A stretch of 64,000 bases of DNA from Deltaproteobacteria bacterium (GTDB lineage: Bacteria > Desulfobacterota > DSM-4660 > Desulfatiglandales > HGW-15), in the NCBI GenBank assembly GCA_019310525.1, contig JAFDEE010000046.1:3452-67451 (forward strand). The letters run 5' to 3'. The notes under the pieces were generated by a model. It saw only the letters and a program-made list of their open reading frames with translations, had not been told where the DNA came from and searched no databases. Shown here piece by piece: positions 18,733-27,967 of the stretch (the first letter of the stretch is position 1; the number at the start of each line of letters is the position of its first letter). Position numbers and translations under genes: made by a program.

Positions 18733-20028
18733 ATGAGCAAGACCTTTATGCCGACGGTGGGATCATACGAGGAATTGCAGGCACTTCAGCTCGAAGGGCT
18801 GAAATGGACCGTGAATCACGCCTACCACGGATCTCCGGCCTACAGAAAGAAGCTGGAAGGCGCCGGGGTGGGCCCCGATGACATTCGTTCCCTCGACGAT
18901 CTCCGAAGGCTCCCCTTCACCACGGCCCAGGACTTACAGGAGGGCTACCCCTTCCCCCTGCTCTCCGTACCCTTTGAGCAGGTGGTGAGGATTCACGCTT
19001 CATCGGGAACTACTGGAAAGAGGAAGGTCCTCTGCTATACCCGCAAGGACATAGAGGACTGGACCCACTTCTTTGCACGTTGCTATGAGATGGCGGGCCT
19101 CACGCCGGAAGACCGGGTTCAAATCGCCGTTGGATACGGCGTCTGGACCGCGGGGATCAGCTTTCAGACGGCCTGCGAGGCCTTCGGCGCCATGGCCATT
19201 CCGGCCGGACCGGGGAATCTGGACATGCAATGCCAGTTTCTGGTGGACATGCAGAGCACCGTCATGTGTTGTACGGCCTCCATGGGGCTTCTCTTGGCGG
19301 AAGAGATCCAGAAGAGGGGCCTCAAGGGAAAAATCAACCTGAAGAAAATGATTTTCGGGTCCGAGCGCTCGAGCGATGCCATGAGGCAGCGCATCCGGGA
19401 ACTTTTGGAACTCGAGGACCTGTTTGATATTCCGGGAATGACTGAACTTTACGGGCCCGGGACCGGGTTGGATTGTGTCCATCACCAGGGAATCCATTAC
19501 TGGGCGGACTACTACATCCTGGAGATCCTGGACCCCGATACCCTTGATCCCGTGCCAGAGGGGGAGATGGGGGAAATGGTGGTGACCACCCTCCGAAAGG
19601 AGGCGGTTCCCTTGATCCGTTACCGGACCAGGGATCTCACCCGCCTCATCCCGGGGCAGTGCCCCTGCGGCTCCTTGATGCCCCGCCACGACCGCCTCCT
19701 GGGCCGCTCAGACGACATGATCATCTTCAGGGCCGTGAACATCTACCCCGGCCAAATCGATCATGTCCTGTCCGGAATCAAGGGAATCGGAAGCGAGTTC
19801 CAGATCATTCTCGACAGAAAGGAAGACGGGAAGGATTACATGACCCTGAAGGTGGAGAGGGATTTCGGGGTAGAGGAGGCCCGGGACGCCGATCTCCGAA
19901 AACTGGTGGCCATGGAGATCAAGAAGCAGATCCTCGTGAGCGCAGAGGTCGAGATCGTGGACTACGGAAGCCTTCCCAGGAGCGAAAGAAAGAGCAAGCG
20001 GGTATTCGACAACCGCGATGATACCTGA
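18733..20028 (+). CDS. phenylacetate-CoA ligase family enzyme (PaaK/IaaB-like arylacetate-CoA ligase)
   Basis: 431 aa; SSGTTGKRKV AMP motif; short PaaK-type architecture. Confidence 0.85.
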   Translation: MSKTFMPTVGSYEELQALQLEGLKWTVNHAYHGSPAYRKKLEGAGVGPDDIRSLDDLRRLPFTTAQDLQEGYPFPLLSVPFEQVVRIHASSGTTGKRKVLCYTRKDIEDWTHFFARCYEMAGLTPEDRVQIAVGYGVWTAGISFQTACEAFGAMAIPAGPGNLDMQCQFLVDMQSTVMCCTASMGLLLAEEIQKRGLKGKINLKKMIFGSERSSDAMRQRIRELLELEDLFDIPGMTELYGPGTGLDCVHHQGIHYWADYYILEILDPDTLDPVPEGEMGEMVVTTLRKEAVPLIRYRTRDLTRLIPGQCPCGSLMPRHDRLLGRSDDMIIFRAVNIYPGQIDHVLSGIKGIGSEFQIILDRKEDGKDYMTLKVERDFGVEEARDADLRKLVAMEIKKQILVSAEVEIVDYGSLPRSERKSKRVFDNRDDT

Positions 20029-20040
20029 AGGAGTGGAATC

Positions 20041-20916
20041 ATGATTGAATACGACTACCTCATGCCCAAGAGCCTCGAAGAGGTCTTCGACCTTCTCAAG
20101 GAATACGGCTCCAGGGCGACCCTCGTGGCCGGGGGCACCGACGTGATGGTCAAGATCCGAAAAACCCGGAAGGCCCCTGAAGTCCTCATTTCACTGAGGG
20201 GGCTCACGGATCTCCGCTACATCCGAAAGAACGGGGGGTACCATATCGGCGCCCTCACCACCCACCGGATGCTGGAGCAGTCGGATCTCGTCCGGGAAGA
20301 ACTCTCCGCCTTGCATGACGGGGCATCCGAAGTGGGTTCGGTGCAGATCCGGAACGTGGGTACGCTGGGTGGAAACATTTGTAATGCCGCCCCCTCGGCG
20401 GACACCGCCGGCCCCTTGCTGGCATTGGACGCAATCGTGGTCCTGGAAGGTCCTGAGGGAAGGAGGGAGGTTCCCATCAGTGAATTCTTCGTGGGGACCT
20501 ACCGAACGGCCAGGAAGCCGGAAGAGGTCCTGGTGGAGTTCAGGATTCCGGAGGAGATGGGTCGGTATGGAAGCGCTTACTGGAAACATACCCGGCGCAA
20601 GGCCATGGAACTGCCCCTCCTGGGGGTGGCGGTCTCCCTCGATCTCTCGGAAGACCGCTCAATGATCCGGGACGCCAGGATAGCCTTGACCGTCGCCGCC
20701 CCAACCCCGGTAAGGGCGGTCCCGGCGGAGGATTTCCTGAAGGGAAAGGCCTTGACGGATGAGGTCCTGGAGGAGGCCGGACGGATCGCTTCCTCACCGG
20801 AATGCTGTACCCCCAGAACGAGCATCCGTTGCGAGGCCTGGTACCGGCAGGACATGGTGGGCGTTTTTGTGCGGCGCATGGCCCGCCTGGCAGCGGAGCG
20901 AATCAAGACCAGATGA
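20041..20916 (+). CDS. xanthine dehydrogenase family FAD-binding subunit (CoxM-like)
   Basis: 291 aa; AGGTD FAD-binding motif; immediately followed by 2Fe-2S and Mo subunits. Confidence 0.85.
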   Translation: MIEYDYLMPKSLEEVFDLLKEYGSRATLVAGGTDVMVKIRKTRKAPEVLISLRGLTDLRYIRKNGGYHIGALTTHRMLEQSDLVREELSALHDGASEVGSVQIRNVGTLGGNICNAAPSADTAGPLLALDAIVVLEGPEGRREVPISEFFVGTYRTARKPEEVLVEFRIPEEMGRYGSAYWKHTRRKAMELPLLGVAVSLDLSEDRSMIRDARIALTVAAPTPVRAVPAEDFLKGKALTDEVLEEAGRIASSPECCTPRTSIRCEAWYRQDMVGVFVRRMARLAAERIKTR

Positions 20917-20935
20917 CGACAGCAAGGAGCAGAAT

Positions 20936-21409
20936 ATGAAAAAGATAACCGTCTCCTTTACCCTGAACGGTGATCCCGTAACGGCGGAAGTGCCGGTCAC
21001 CTGGAACCTTCTGAAAACCCTGAGAGAGGTCTTCGAGCTGACGGGGGCCAAAGAGGGATGCGGTGTGGGCGAATGCGGCGCCTGCACGGTTATCGTGGAC
21101 GGGGAGGCCGTGAACTCCTGCCTCTTCCCCATTCCAGAGATCGAGGGCCGCTCGGTCACGACGGTCGAGGGCCTGGCCTCCAAGGAGGGTGAACTTCACC
21201 CGCTTCAGAAGGCTTTTCTGGAAAACAACGGCGTTCAATGCGGCTTCTGCACCTCGGGAATGATCATGTCGGCCAAGGCCCTCCTGGACAAGAATCCGGA
21301 CCCCACGGAAGAGGAGATCCGGACCGCCATTTCCGGGAATTTCTGCCGGTGCACCGGATACGTTCAGATCGTTGAGGCCATCGACATGGCCTCCAAGACG
21401 GAAAAATGA
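20936..21409 (+). CDS. xanthine dehydrogenase family [2Fe-2S] small subunit (CoxS-like)
   Basis: Start moved to MKKITVSFTLNG; CGVGECGACTV and CGFCTSG cluster motifs. Confidence 0.9.
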   Translation: MKKITVSFTLNGDPVTAEVPVTWNLLKTLREVFELTGAKEGCGVGECGACTVIVDGEAVNSCLFPIPEIEGRSVTTVEGLASKEGELHPLQKAFLENNGVQCGFCTSGMIMSAKALLDKNPDPTEEEIRTAISGNFCRCTGYVQIVEAIDMASKTEK

Positions 21410-21432
21410 GGGGATCACCAAGGGAGGACACG

Positions 21433-23826
21433 ATGTCAGAGTATCTCTTTGTCGGGAAGAACATTCCAAGAACCATTGAAGTCGACAAGGTGACGGGCCG
21501 CGCCGTCTATATCGATGATTTCAAGCGCCCGGGCATGCTGTACGGCAAGATTCTGTACAGTACTTACGCCCATGCCAGGATCAAACACATTGATACATCG
21601 AAGGCGGAGGCGCTTCCGGGCGTGCGTGCGGTTATTACGGGCCGGGACATCCCGGACGTGAGGGTAGGCTTTCTCAAGGACCAGGTGGTCCTGAAAAAGG
21701 ACAAGGTCCGCCAGTTCCGGGACGAGGTGGCGGCGGTGGCCGCAGTGGACCCCGATGTGGCCGAGGAGGCCTTGGGCCTCATCAAGGTGGAATACGAGGA
21801 ACTGCCTGCGGTTTTCGACCCCGTCGAGGCCATGAAGGAGGACGCCCCTCTCATCCACGAGGTGGACGCAGGAGGAAGGCCCGTTCGAACCAATATCCTG
21901 CCCCTTCCCTGGAAGTTTTCCCACGGGGACATCGAGGAGGGCCGGAGGCAATCTGCCTATGTGGTCACGGACGAGGTCAGCACCACCTGGGTGAACCAGT
22001 GTTGTATGGGTACGAGCGGCTGCATCGCGGAGTTTGACGGGAACAATAACCTGACCCTCTACAACCAGACCAACGTCATCTTCGGGGACAAGCAACGCAT
22101 CATCGAGTATCTTTCCCAGATCGGGCTCAAGGGGAAGAAGGTACGGATCGTCAACCCCATTGTGGGTGGGAGTTTCGGGACCAAGCTGGACACGGATATC
22201 TATGAATTCATCTGTATCCAGCTTGCCCTGAGGACCCGCAAACCCGTCAAGATCCTTTTCACCCGGGAAGAGGAATTTATGGCCCTTCCGCCGCGTCAAC
22301 CCGCCCGGTTCACCATAGAGCAAGGATGCGACAAGGAGGGACGGCTCACCTTCAGGAAAGTGGAGGCGATCCTCGACAACGGTGCCTATACGTCCTGGGG
22401 CGCTACGACCCCCTCCATCATGATGAAGCCCGTTTCATCCCTCTACCGCGTTCCCAACGTGAGTTTCAAGGCCACCTGTGTTTACACCAACAACATCTAT
22501 GCCCAGGCCATGCGGGGCTACGGGAATCCCCAGGCCACTTATGCCGTGGAGACCTCCATGGACAGCCTTGCGGAGGCGGCGGGGATCGATCCGTTGGAAT
22601 TCAGGCTCATCAACCGGAACCTTTCCGGGGAAGTCACCCCCATGGGTCTGCGGATCACCTCCTGTGGCCTGCAAGAGTGCCTCACCGCGGTCAGGGATAA
22701 ACTGAACTGGAAGGAGAAGCGGGGCAAGCGCAACGGCCGGGGCGTGGGTGTGGCCTCCCTGATCCACGTGGCCGGGGGGGCACGGGTCTACAAGTCCGAC
22801 GGCCATGGCATGATGATCAAGGTGGATGAACAGGGTATGGTGGATGTATTCGAGAGTGGAACGGACCAGGGGCAGGGGTCCCCCACCGTCATCGCCCAGA
22901 TGGTGGCCGAAGCCCTGGGGTTCAGGCCCGAGGACATCAACCTAACCTTTGGGGACACTGCTCTCGCCCTGTGGGACGCGGGAACCCACGCAAGCCGGCA
23001 TACCTTCATGGCCGGAAACGCGGCCCTCCTGGCCTGCGCCGAGGTCAAGCGGCAGATCCTGGAAATGGCCTCCGAGCAGATGCCCAAACTCATCAAGGCC
23101 GGTTTCAGGCGAAAGAAGCGGAGGGACCCCGAATTCCAGGAACCGGAACTGGACTACAGCCTGATCATGGATCCCGGGAACCTGGATATCCGGGACCGGA
23201 AGGTCTTTCTCAAGAGTGATCCTGAGCATCCCTATTTCACCATGGATGTGGACAAGATCCTGCGGGCCGGCCTTCATGTGGGGACCGGGCAGAGTAAGGT
23301 GGTGGTGGGAGAGGCCTTCTACGATCCACCTACGCAAATGCTCGACCGGGAACTCAAGGGAAACCTCTCCTGTACCTATGCCTTCGGTACCACCGGGGTG
23401 GAGGTGGAGGTGGACCGGGAGACGGGCGAGGTCAAGATCCTCAATCTCGTCGCAGCCCACGACGTGGGGAAGGCCATCAACCCGACCCTCCTGAAGGGGC
23501 AGATCTATGGGGCGGCATACACGGGGGTGGGGTACGGCCTCTGTGAAGAGATGATCCTCAAGAACGGTCGCGTCATGAACGGCAATTTCCGTGATTACAA
23601 GATGCTCACCGCGAAGGACAAGATCCCTGTGGATGCAGTGATCGTGGAAACCCAGGACCCTGATGGCCCCTTCGGCGCCAAGGGGGTGGGAGAGCCGGGG
23701 TTGGTTCCCACCGCACCCGCCATCGCCAACGCGGTCTATGACGCCATCGGCGTTCGTATCCGGGACTTGCCCATCACCCCGGAAAAAATTCTCAATGCCT
23801 TGAAGGGGAAAAAAACGGCCTGTTAG
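21433..23826 (+). CDS. xanthine dehydrogenase family molybdopterin-binding large subunit
   Basis: Start moved to MSEYLFVGKNIPR; ~797 aa; aldehyde oxidase/XDH a/b-hammerhead and Mo-binding regions (GGSFGTK, AKGVGEPG). Confidence 0.9.
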   Translation: MSEYLFVGKNIPRTIEVDKVTGRAVYIDDFKRPGMLYGKILYSTYAHARIKHIDTSKAEALPGVRAVITGRDIPDVRVGFLKDQVVLKKDKVRQFRDEVAAVAAVDPDVAEEALGLIKVEYEELPAVFDPVEAMKEDAPLIHEVDAGGRPVRTNILPLPWKFSHGDIEEGRRQSAYVVTDEVSTTWVNQCCMGTSGCIAEFDGNNNLTLYNQTNVIFGDKQRIIEYLSQIGLKGKKVRIVNPIVGGSFGTKLDTDIYEFICIQLALRTRKPVKILFTREEEFMALPPRQPARFTIEQGCDKEGRLTFRKVEAILDNGAYTSWGATTPSIMMKPVSSLYRVPNVSFKATCVYTNNIYAQAMRGYGNPQATYAVETSMDSLAEAAGIDPLEFRLINRNLSGEVTPMGLRITSCGLQECLTAVRDKLNWKEKRGKRNGRGVGVASLIHVAGGARVYKSDGHGMMIKVDEQGMVDVFESGTDQGQGSPTVIAQMVAEALGFRPEDINLTFGDTALALWDAGTHASRHTFMAGNAALLACAEVKRQILEMASEQMPKLIKAGFRRKKRRDPEFQEPELDYSLIMDPGNLDIRDRKVFLKSDPEHPYFTMDVDKILRAGLHVGTGQSKVVVGEAFYDPPTQMLDRELKGNLSCTYAFGTTGVEVEVDRETGEVKILNLVAAHDVGKAINPTLLKGQIYGAAYTGVGYGLCEEMILKNGRVMNGNFRDYKMLTAKDKIPVDAVIVETQDPDGPFGAKGVGEPGLVPTAPAIANAVYDAIGVRIRDLPITPEKILNALKGKKTAC

Positions 23827-23988
23827 GCCTATCCGGGGGATGGGCCTTCCCGGGCCATCCCGATTCCTTCGGTTCAGAGTAAGGATTACGGAGACCCCTC
23901 GGAGTAATTTTAAAACCTGCGAGGGTGAAATTTCAAGGTTTTCATGTGGACATTGTTTTTCTACTCAAGGTGCTGAAAGGGGAGACCC

Positions 23989-26124
23989 ATGTCTGAGAAG
24001 TACTACCGGTTGGGTTGTGATATCGGGGGTACCTTTACGGATTTCGTCTTGCTCAACGACCGGACGGGCGAACTGACGATCAACAAGTGCCTTACTACCC
24101 CTCAGGACCCCTCCGATGCCGTGGAACAGGGGATCCGGGAGCTTCAGGAAAAGGTCCCCGGATTCGTGGAAAGGCTGGATGAGGTCATCCATGGAACCAC
24201 CCTTGTGATCAACGCCATCATCGAGAGGAAAGGAGCCCGGACCGGGCTCATCACCACCAGGGGATTCAGGGACGTTCTGGAACTGGGCCGCGAGATACGC
24301 TATGCCCCTTACGACATCTTCGCCGAGTTCCCTGAGCCCTTGATCCCCAGGCGATTCCGCCTGGAAGTCGACGAGAGGATCCGGAGCGACGGGAAGGTCC
24401 TCAAGGCCCTTGACCCCGAGGAGGCCAGGGGCGTCGTAAGGCGCTTACTCGATATGGGGGTGGATTCCATCGCCGTTTGCCTGATCAATTCTTTTGAAAA
24501 TCCCGCCCACGAATTCCTCCTGAAGGATATTATCGTCGAGGAGGCCCCGGGGCTTTCCGTTTCCATTTCCTACGAGGTGCTTCCCCAGATCCGGGAATAC
24601 GAACGTACCAGCACCACCGTGACCAATGCCTACGTGAAACCCCTTACCGGCCGGTACCTGTCCAAGCTCGCCGGCAGGCTTGAGGCCATCGGCTCCAAGG
24701 GAAAGCTCTTCATCATGCTCTCGAGCGGCGGAATCACCTCCGTGGAGACCGCCGCGCGATTCCCGGTCCGGATCATAGAGTCCGGACCCACGGCCGCGGT
24801 CATTTCCGGACAATATTACGGAAAGCTTTTCAACATCCCGGAGATGTTCTGTTTCGATATGGGAGGGACCACGGCCAAGTCCTGCCTGATCCAGGGGGGA
24901 GTGGCCGGAGTGGTTCCCACCTTCGAGGTGGGCCGGGTCCAGCGATTCATGAAGGGAAGCGGTCTCACCATCCAGGTTCCCGTGGTGGACCTGATGGAGA
25001 TCGGGGCCGGGGGCGGAAGCATCGCCAAAGTAAGCCGCCTTGGGACACTCCAGGTGGGACCGGAGAGTTCCGGCGCGGATCCCGGTCCCATCTGTTACGG
25101 CAGGGGCGGGAAAGACCCTTGTGTAACGGATGCGGACCTTCTGTTGGGGTATCTGGACGAAAAATATTTCCTGGGTGGAGAGATGACCCTGGACAAGGAA
25201 GCGGCGGCCCGGGGGGTGAAGGAAAGGATCGCGGAGCCCCTGGGGGTATCCTTCCTCCAGGCAGTTTGGGGAATCCACGACCTGATCAATGAAACCATGG
25301 CCGCGGCCGCCAAGACCCACATTGCAGAAAAAGGGGGGAATCCCAAGATCGTCACTGTTTCGGCCTTCGGGGGAGCGGGCCCGGTCCATGCCTATGGCCT
25401 GGCAAAAAAACTGGGTGCCCCCCGCATCCTGGTCCCTCCCAACGCGGGTGTGGGGTCGGCCCTGGGCTTTTTCACGGCACCCAGGGCCTTCGATCTGGTA
25501 AGGAGTCACAAGGTGTCCCTCATGGAGGCTGATTTCGGAGAGATCGAGAAGATTTTCCGGGAGATGGAAGAGGAAGGGGTTCGGACCCTCCGGAAAGCCG
25601 GAACAGGGGAAGAAGTGTCCTTCAGAAGATCCGTGGACGTGCGCTTCATCGGCCAGGGATCCGAGACCAACATTCCCGTCCCCGAAAGGGATTTCAGAGA
25701 GGTTGATCGTAACGAGATCCGTCGCCGGTTCGACGAGATGTACGAGAAACTTTACGGCAGGACCTACCCCGAAAGTCCCGTGGAATTCATAACCTTCAAG
25801 GTGCGGGCCAGCCTTCCCGAGCGGCTCCTGAAACTCCCTAAGATGGGGGAGGTAGGGCAAAGGGACATCCAACAGGCCGTCAAAGGGCGGCGGCCGGCCT
25901 ATTCGGGGTTGGCCGGGGATTTCATCCCCTATACGGTCTACGACCGGTACAAATTGTTTCCGGGTGCATCCTTCAAGGGCCCGGCCATCATCGAAGAGAG
26001 GGAATCCACGGTCATTGTGGGTGAAGATGCCACGGTCTCGGTGGATGAGTACGGGTTCCTCTGGATCGATTTGCCGCTGGCCCGGGCCGAGGAGCAATGT
26101 CCTGCCCCCCTGGACGAGGCATAG
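23989..26124 (+). CDS. hydantoinase/oxoprolinase A-type subunit (HyuA family)
   Basis: 711 aa; N-terminal YRLGCDIGGTFTDFVL ATPase-fold signature. Confidence 0.9.
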   Translation: MSEKYYRLGCDIGGTFTDFVLLNDRTGELTINKCLTTPQDPSDAVEQGIRELQEKVPGFVERLDEVIHGTTLVINAIIERKGARTGLITTRGFRDVLELGREIRYAPYDIFAEFPEPLIPRRFRLEVDERIRSDGKVLKALDPEEARGVVRRLLDMGVDSIAVCLINSFENPAHEFLLKDIIVEEAPGLSVSISYEVLPQIREYERTSTTVTNAYVKPLTGRYLSKLAGRLEAIGSKGKLFIMLSSGGITSVETAARFPVRIIESGPTAAVISGQYYGKLFNIPEMFCFDMGGTTAKSCLIQGGVAGVVPTFEVGRVQRFMKGSGLTIQVPVVDLMEIGAGGGSIAKVSRLGTLQVGPESSGADPGPICYGRGGKDPCVTDADLLLGYLDEKYFLGGEMTLDKEAAARGVKERIAEPLGVSFLQAVWGIHDLINETMAAAAKTHIAEKGGNPKIVTVSAFGGAGPVHAYGLAKKLGAPRILVPPNAGVGSALGFFTAPRAFDLVRSHKVSLMEADFGEIEKIFREMEEEGVRTLRKAGTGEEVSFRRSVDVRFIGQGSETNIPVPERDFREVDRNEIRRRFDEMYEKLYGRTYPESPVEFITFKVRASLPERLLKLPKMGEVGQRDIQQAVKGRRPAYSGLAGDFIPYTVYDRYKLFPGASFKGPAIIEERESTVIVGEDATVSVDEYGFLWIDLPLARAEEQCPAPLDEA

Positions 26125-26213
26125 TGTTGAGAGTGGAGTGGAGGAAGGACCTAATCTCTGATCGCCCTTGCAAAGGAAACCTGATACGGATCATGACGTG
26201 AAATAAGAGGGAG

Positions 26214-27944
26214 GTGGCTATGGCCGGAAAATTCGATCCCGTCACCCTTGAGATCCTCTGGAGGAGGCTTATCTCCATCGTGGACGAAGCGGACACCACG
26301 GTGGCCCGCACCGCCTTTTCGAGCCTGCTCCGGGACGCACACGATTATACTTGCATGTTCACGGACCGAAGAGGTCGGGAACTGGCCCAGGGCACCTTCG
26401 CCACGCCCGGGCAGTCCGGTGCTATGGCCCTGGGCATCAAGAAACTCGTCAACAGTTTGCCCCCCGAAAGTTACAAGCCCGGCGACATTTTCATCACCAA
26501 CGATCCCTGGGCCCTGGCGGGGCACCTGAACGATGTATGCGTCCTGAGCCCTATTTTCTACGAGGGGCGCTTGACGGCCTTTACGGCTTGCGTGTTTCAC
26601 CATTCCGACATTGGAGGGCGGGTGTCCTCCGACAACCACGACGTTTTCGAAGACGGGCTTTTCATCCCCCTGGTAAAGATCTATGACGGCGGAAAGGTCA
26701 ACGAGGCCGTATTCGAGATGATCCGCTGGAACGTTCGGACCCCCGACGAGGTCGTCGGGGACATCCGTTCTCAGATCGCCGCCAACCATGTCTGCGCCCA
26801 GAAGATTTGCCAGATGCTGGATGAGTATCGGCTGGAGGGACTCGATGACCTGGCTGAGGAGATCATCCAGCGAACGGAAAGGAGCATGAGGGAGGCCATC
26901 GCCAAAGTGCCGGACGGAATCTACCGGGCCGAGGGGATCGTGGAGCAGATGGAGGACAAGGAAGATATCCTCCTCAAGGTGGCCGTTGAAGTCAAGGGGA
27001 GCGATATCCACGTGGACCTGGAAGGTTCCTCTCCCCAGGTCGACTGGGGAGGGAACGTGGTTTACAACTTTACTTATGCCTATGTCTTCATGGCCATGAA
27101 GAGCATGTTCGACCCGGACATACCCAACAACGACGGGTGTGCCGCCCCCATCACCATGAGCGCCCCCGAGGGAAGCGTGGTGAACTGCCGGTTTCCCGCC
27201 GCAGTGGCCGCCCGGATGCAGATCGGACACTTCATCACTGAAATCATTTACCGGGCCATGGCCGAGGCCCTTCCGGACAGGGTGATCGCCGGAAGCGGCG
27301 GAACCCCCGCCACCATGAACGTCTTCTACGGCCGCCGCAGGAACGGAAACCCCTGGCACTCCGTGATCATCCGGGGGGGCGGCATGGGGGCCAGCGCCCG
27401 AAACGACGGGTACTACACCTATATTTTCCCGGCCAACGGCGCCAATACCCCCATTGAAATCTTTGAGAGCGATACCCCCCTCATTGTGGAAAGGAGAGAA
27501 CTCCTGCCCGATTCCGGAGGACCCGGTAAAATGAAGGGCGGCTTGGGACGGCGGGTGGTTTTCAGGGCACCGGAGGACGATTTCGCGCCCCTTCCCCCGG
27601 TGAACCTCGGAATCCAGTCCGGGCGATTCCGCTACCCCCCGGAGGGACTTTTCGGAGGTAAACCCGGGGCCAAGGCAAGATTCCTCGTGAACGGCAAGCC
27701 GGGGAATCCTTACGGGTTGACCCAGTTCGGCCCGGGCGACGTGGTGACCATGGATGCAGCAGGGGGAGGAGGATTCGGGAATCCCCTGGAACGGGATCCC
27801 GAAAAGGTTGAACGGGACGTGCTCGACGGCTACGTCAGCATAGAGCGGGCCAGGGAGGACTACGGTGTGGTCATTGATCCCGAGACCCTCAAGGTGGATC
27901 CGGAGGCCACAAGGAGTCTTCGGGAGGCTTTGGGCACCAGATAA
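26214..27944 (+). CDS. hydantoinase B/oxoprolinase-type subunit (HyuB family)
   Basis: 576 aa; DPVTLEILWRRLISI N-terminus typical of HyuB. Confidence 0.9.
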   Translation: MAMAGKFDPVTLEILWRRLISIVDEADTTVARTAFSSLLRDAHDYTCMFTDRRGRELAQGTFATPGQSGAMALGIKKLVNSLPPESYKPGDIFITNDPWALAGHLNDVCVLSPIFYEGRLTAFTACVFHHSDIGGRVSSDNHDVFEDGLFIPLVKIYDGGKVNEAVFEMIRWNVRTPDEVVGDIRSQIAANHVCAQKICQMLDEYRLEGLDDLAEEIIQRTERSMREAIAKVPDGIYRAEGIVEQMEDKEDILLKVAVEVKGSDIHVDLEGSSPQVDWGGNVVYNFTYAYVFMAMKSMFDPDIPNNDGCAAPITMSAPEGSVVNCRFPAAVAARMQIGHFITEIIYRAMAEALPDRVIAGSGGTPATMNVFYGRRRNGNPWHSVIIRGGGMGASARNDGYYTYIFPANGANTPIEIFESDTPLIVERRELLPDSGGPGKMKGGLGRRVVFRAPEDDFAPLPPVNLGIQSGRFRYPPEGLFGGKPGAKARFLVNGKPGNPYGLTQFGPGDVVTMDAAGGGGFGNPLERDPEKVERDVLDGYVSIERAREDYGVVIDPETLKVDPEATRSLREALGTR

Positions 27945-27967
27945 GAAATCGGAGGGGCAAGGACGAC

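Noticed and set aside
20041-23826. Mo enzyme as 4-hydroxybenzoyl-CoA reductase (HcrCAB)
   Set aside because: The FAD subunit is only 291 aa and shows no Cys-rich insertion. As I recall, the extra [4Fe-4S] loop distinguishes HcrB. The neighbouring hydantoinase, mutase and ligase context fits an Iaa-type hydroxylase better. Phylogeny is needed to settle this.
24445-26097. 550-aa minus-strand ORF opposite hyuA; similar cases at 26151-27359, 27860-28834, 61978-63453, 15429-16766 and 7865-8860
   Set aside because: All are antisense shadows of strongly supported genes with no independent coding signal (no RBS, no recognisable domains).
23989-27944. Hydantoinase A/B pair as acetone or acetophenone carboxylase
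   Set aside because: No small gamma-type subunit gene is adjacent and no other carboxylase components are present. The ring-opening role proposed for IaaC/E is more consistent with the neighbours. This is an inference only.
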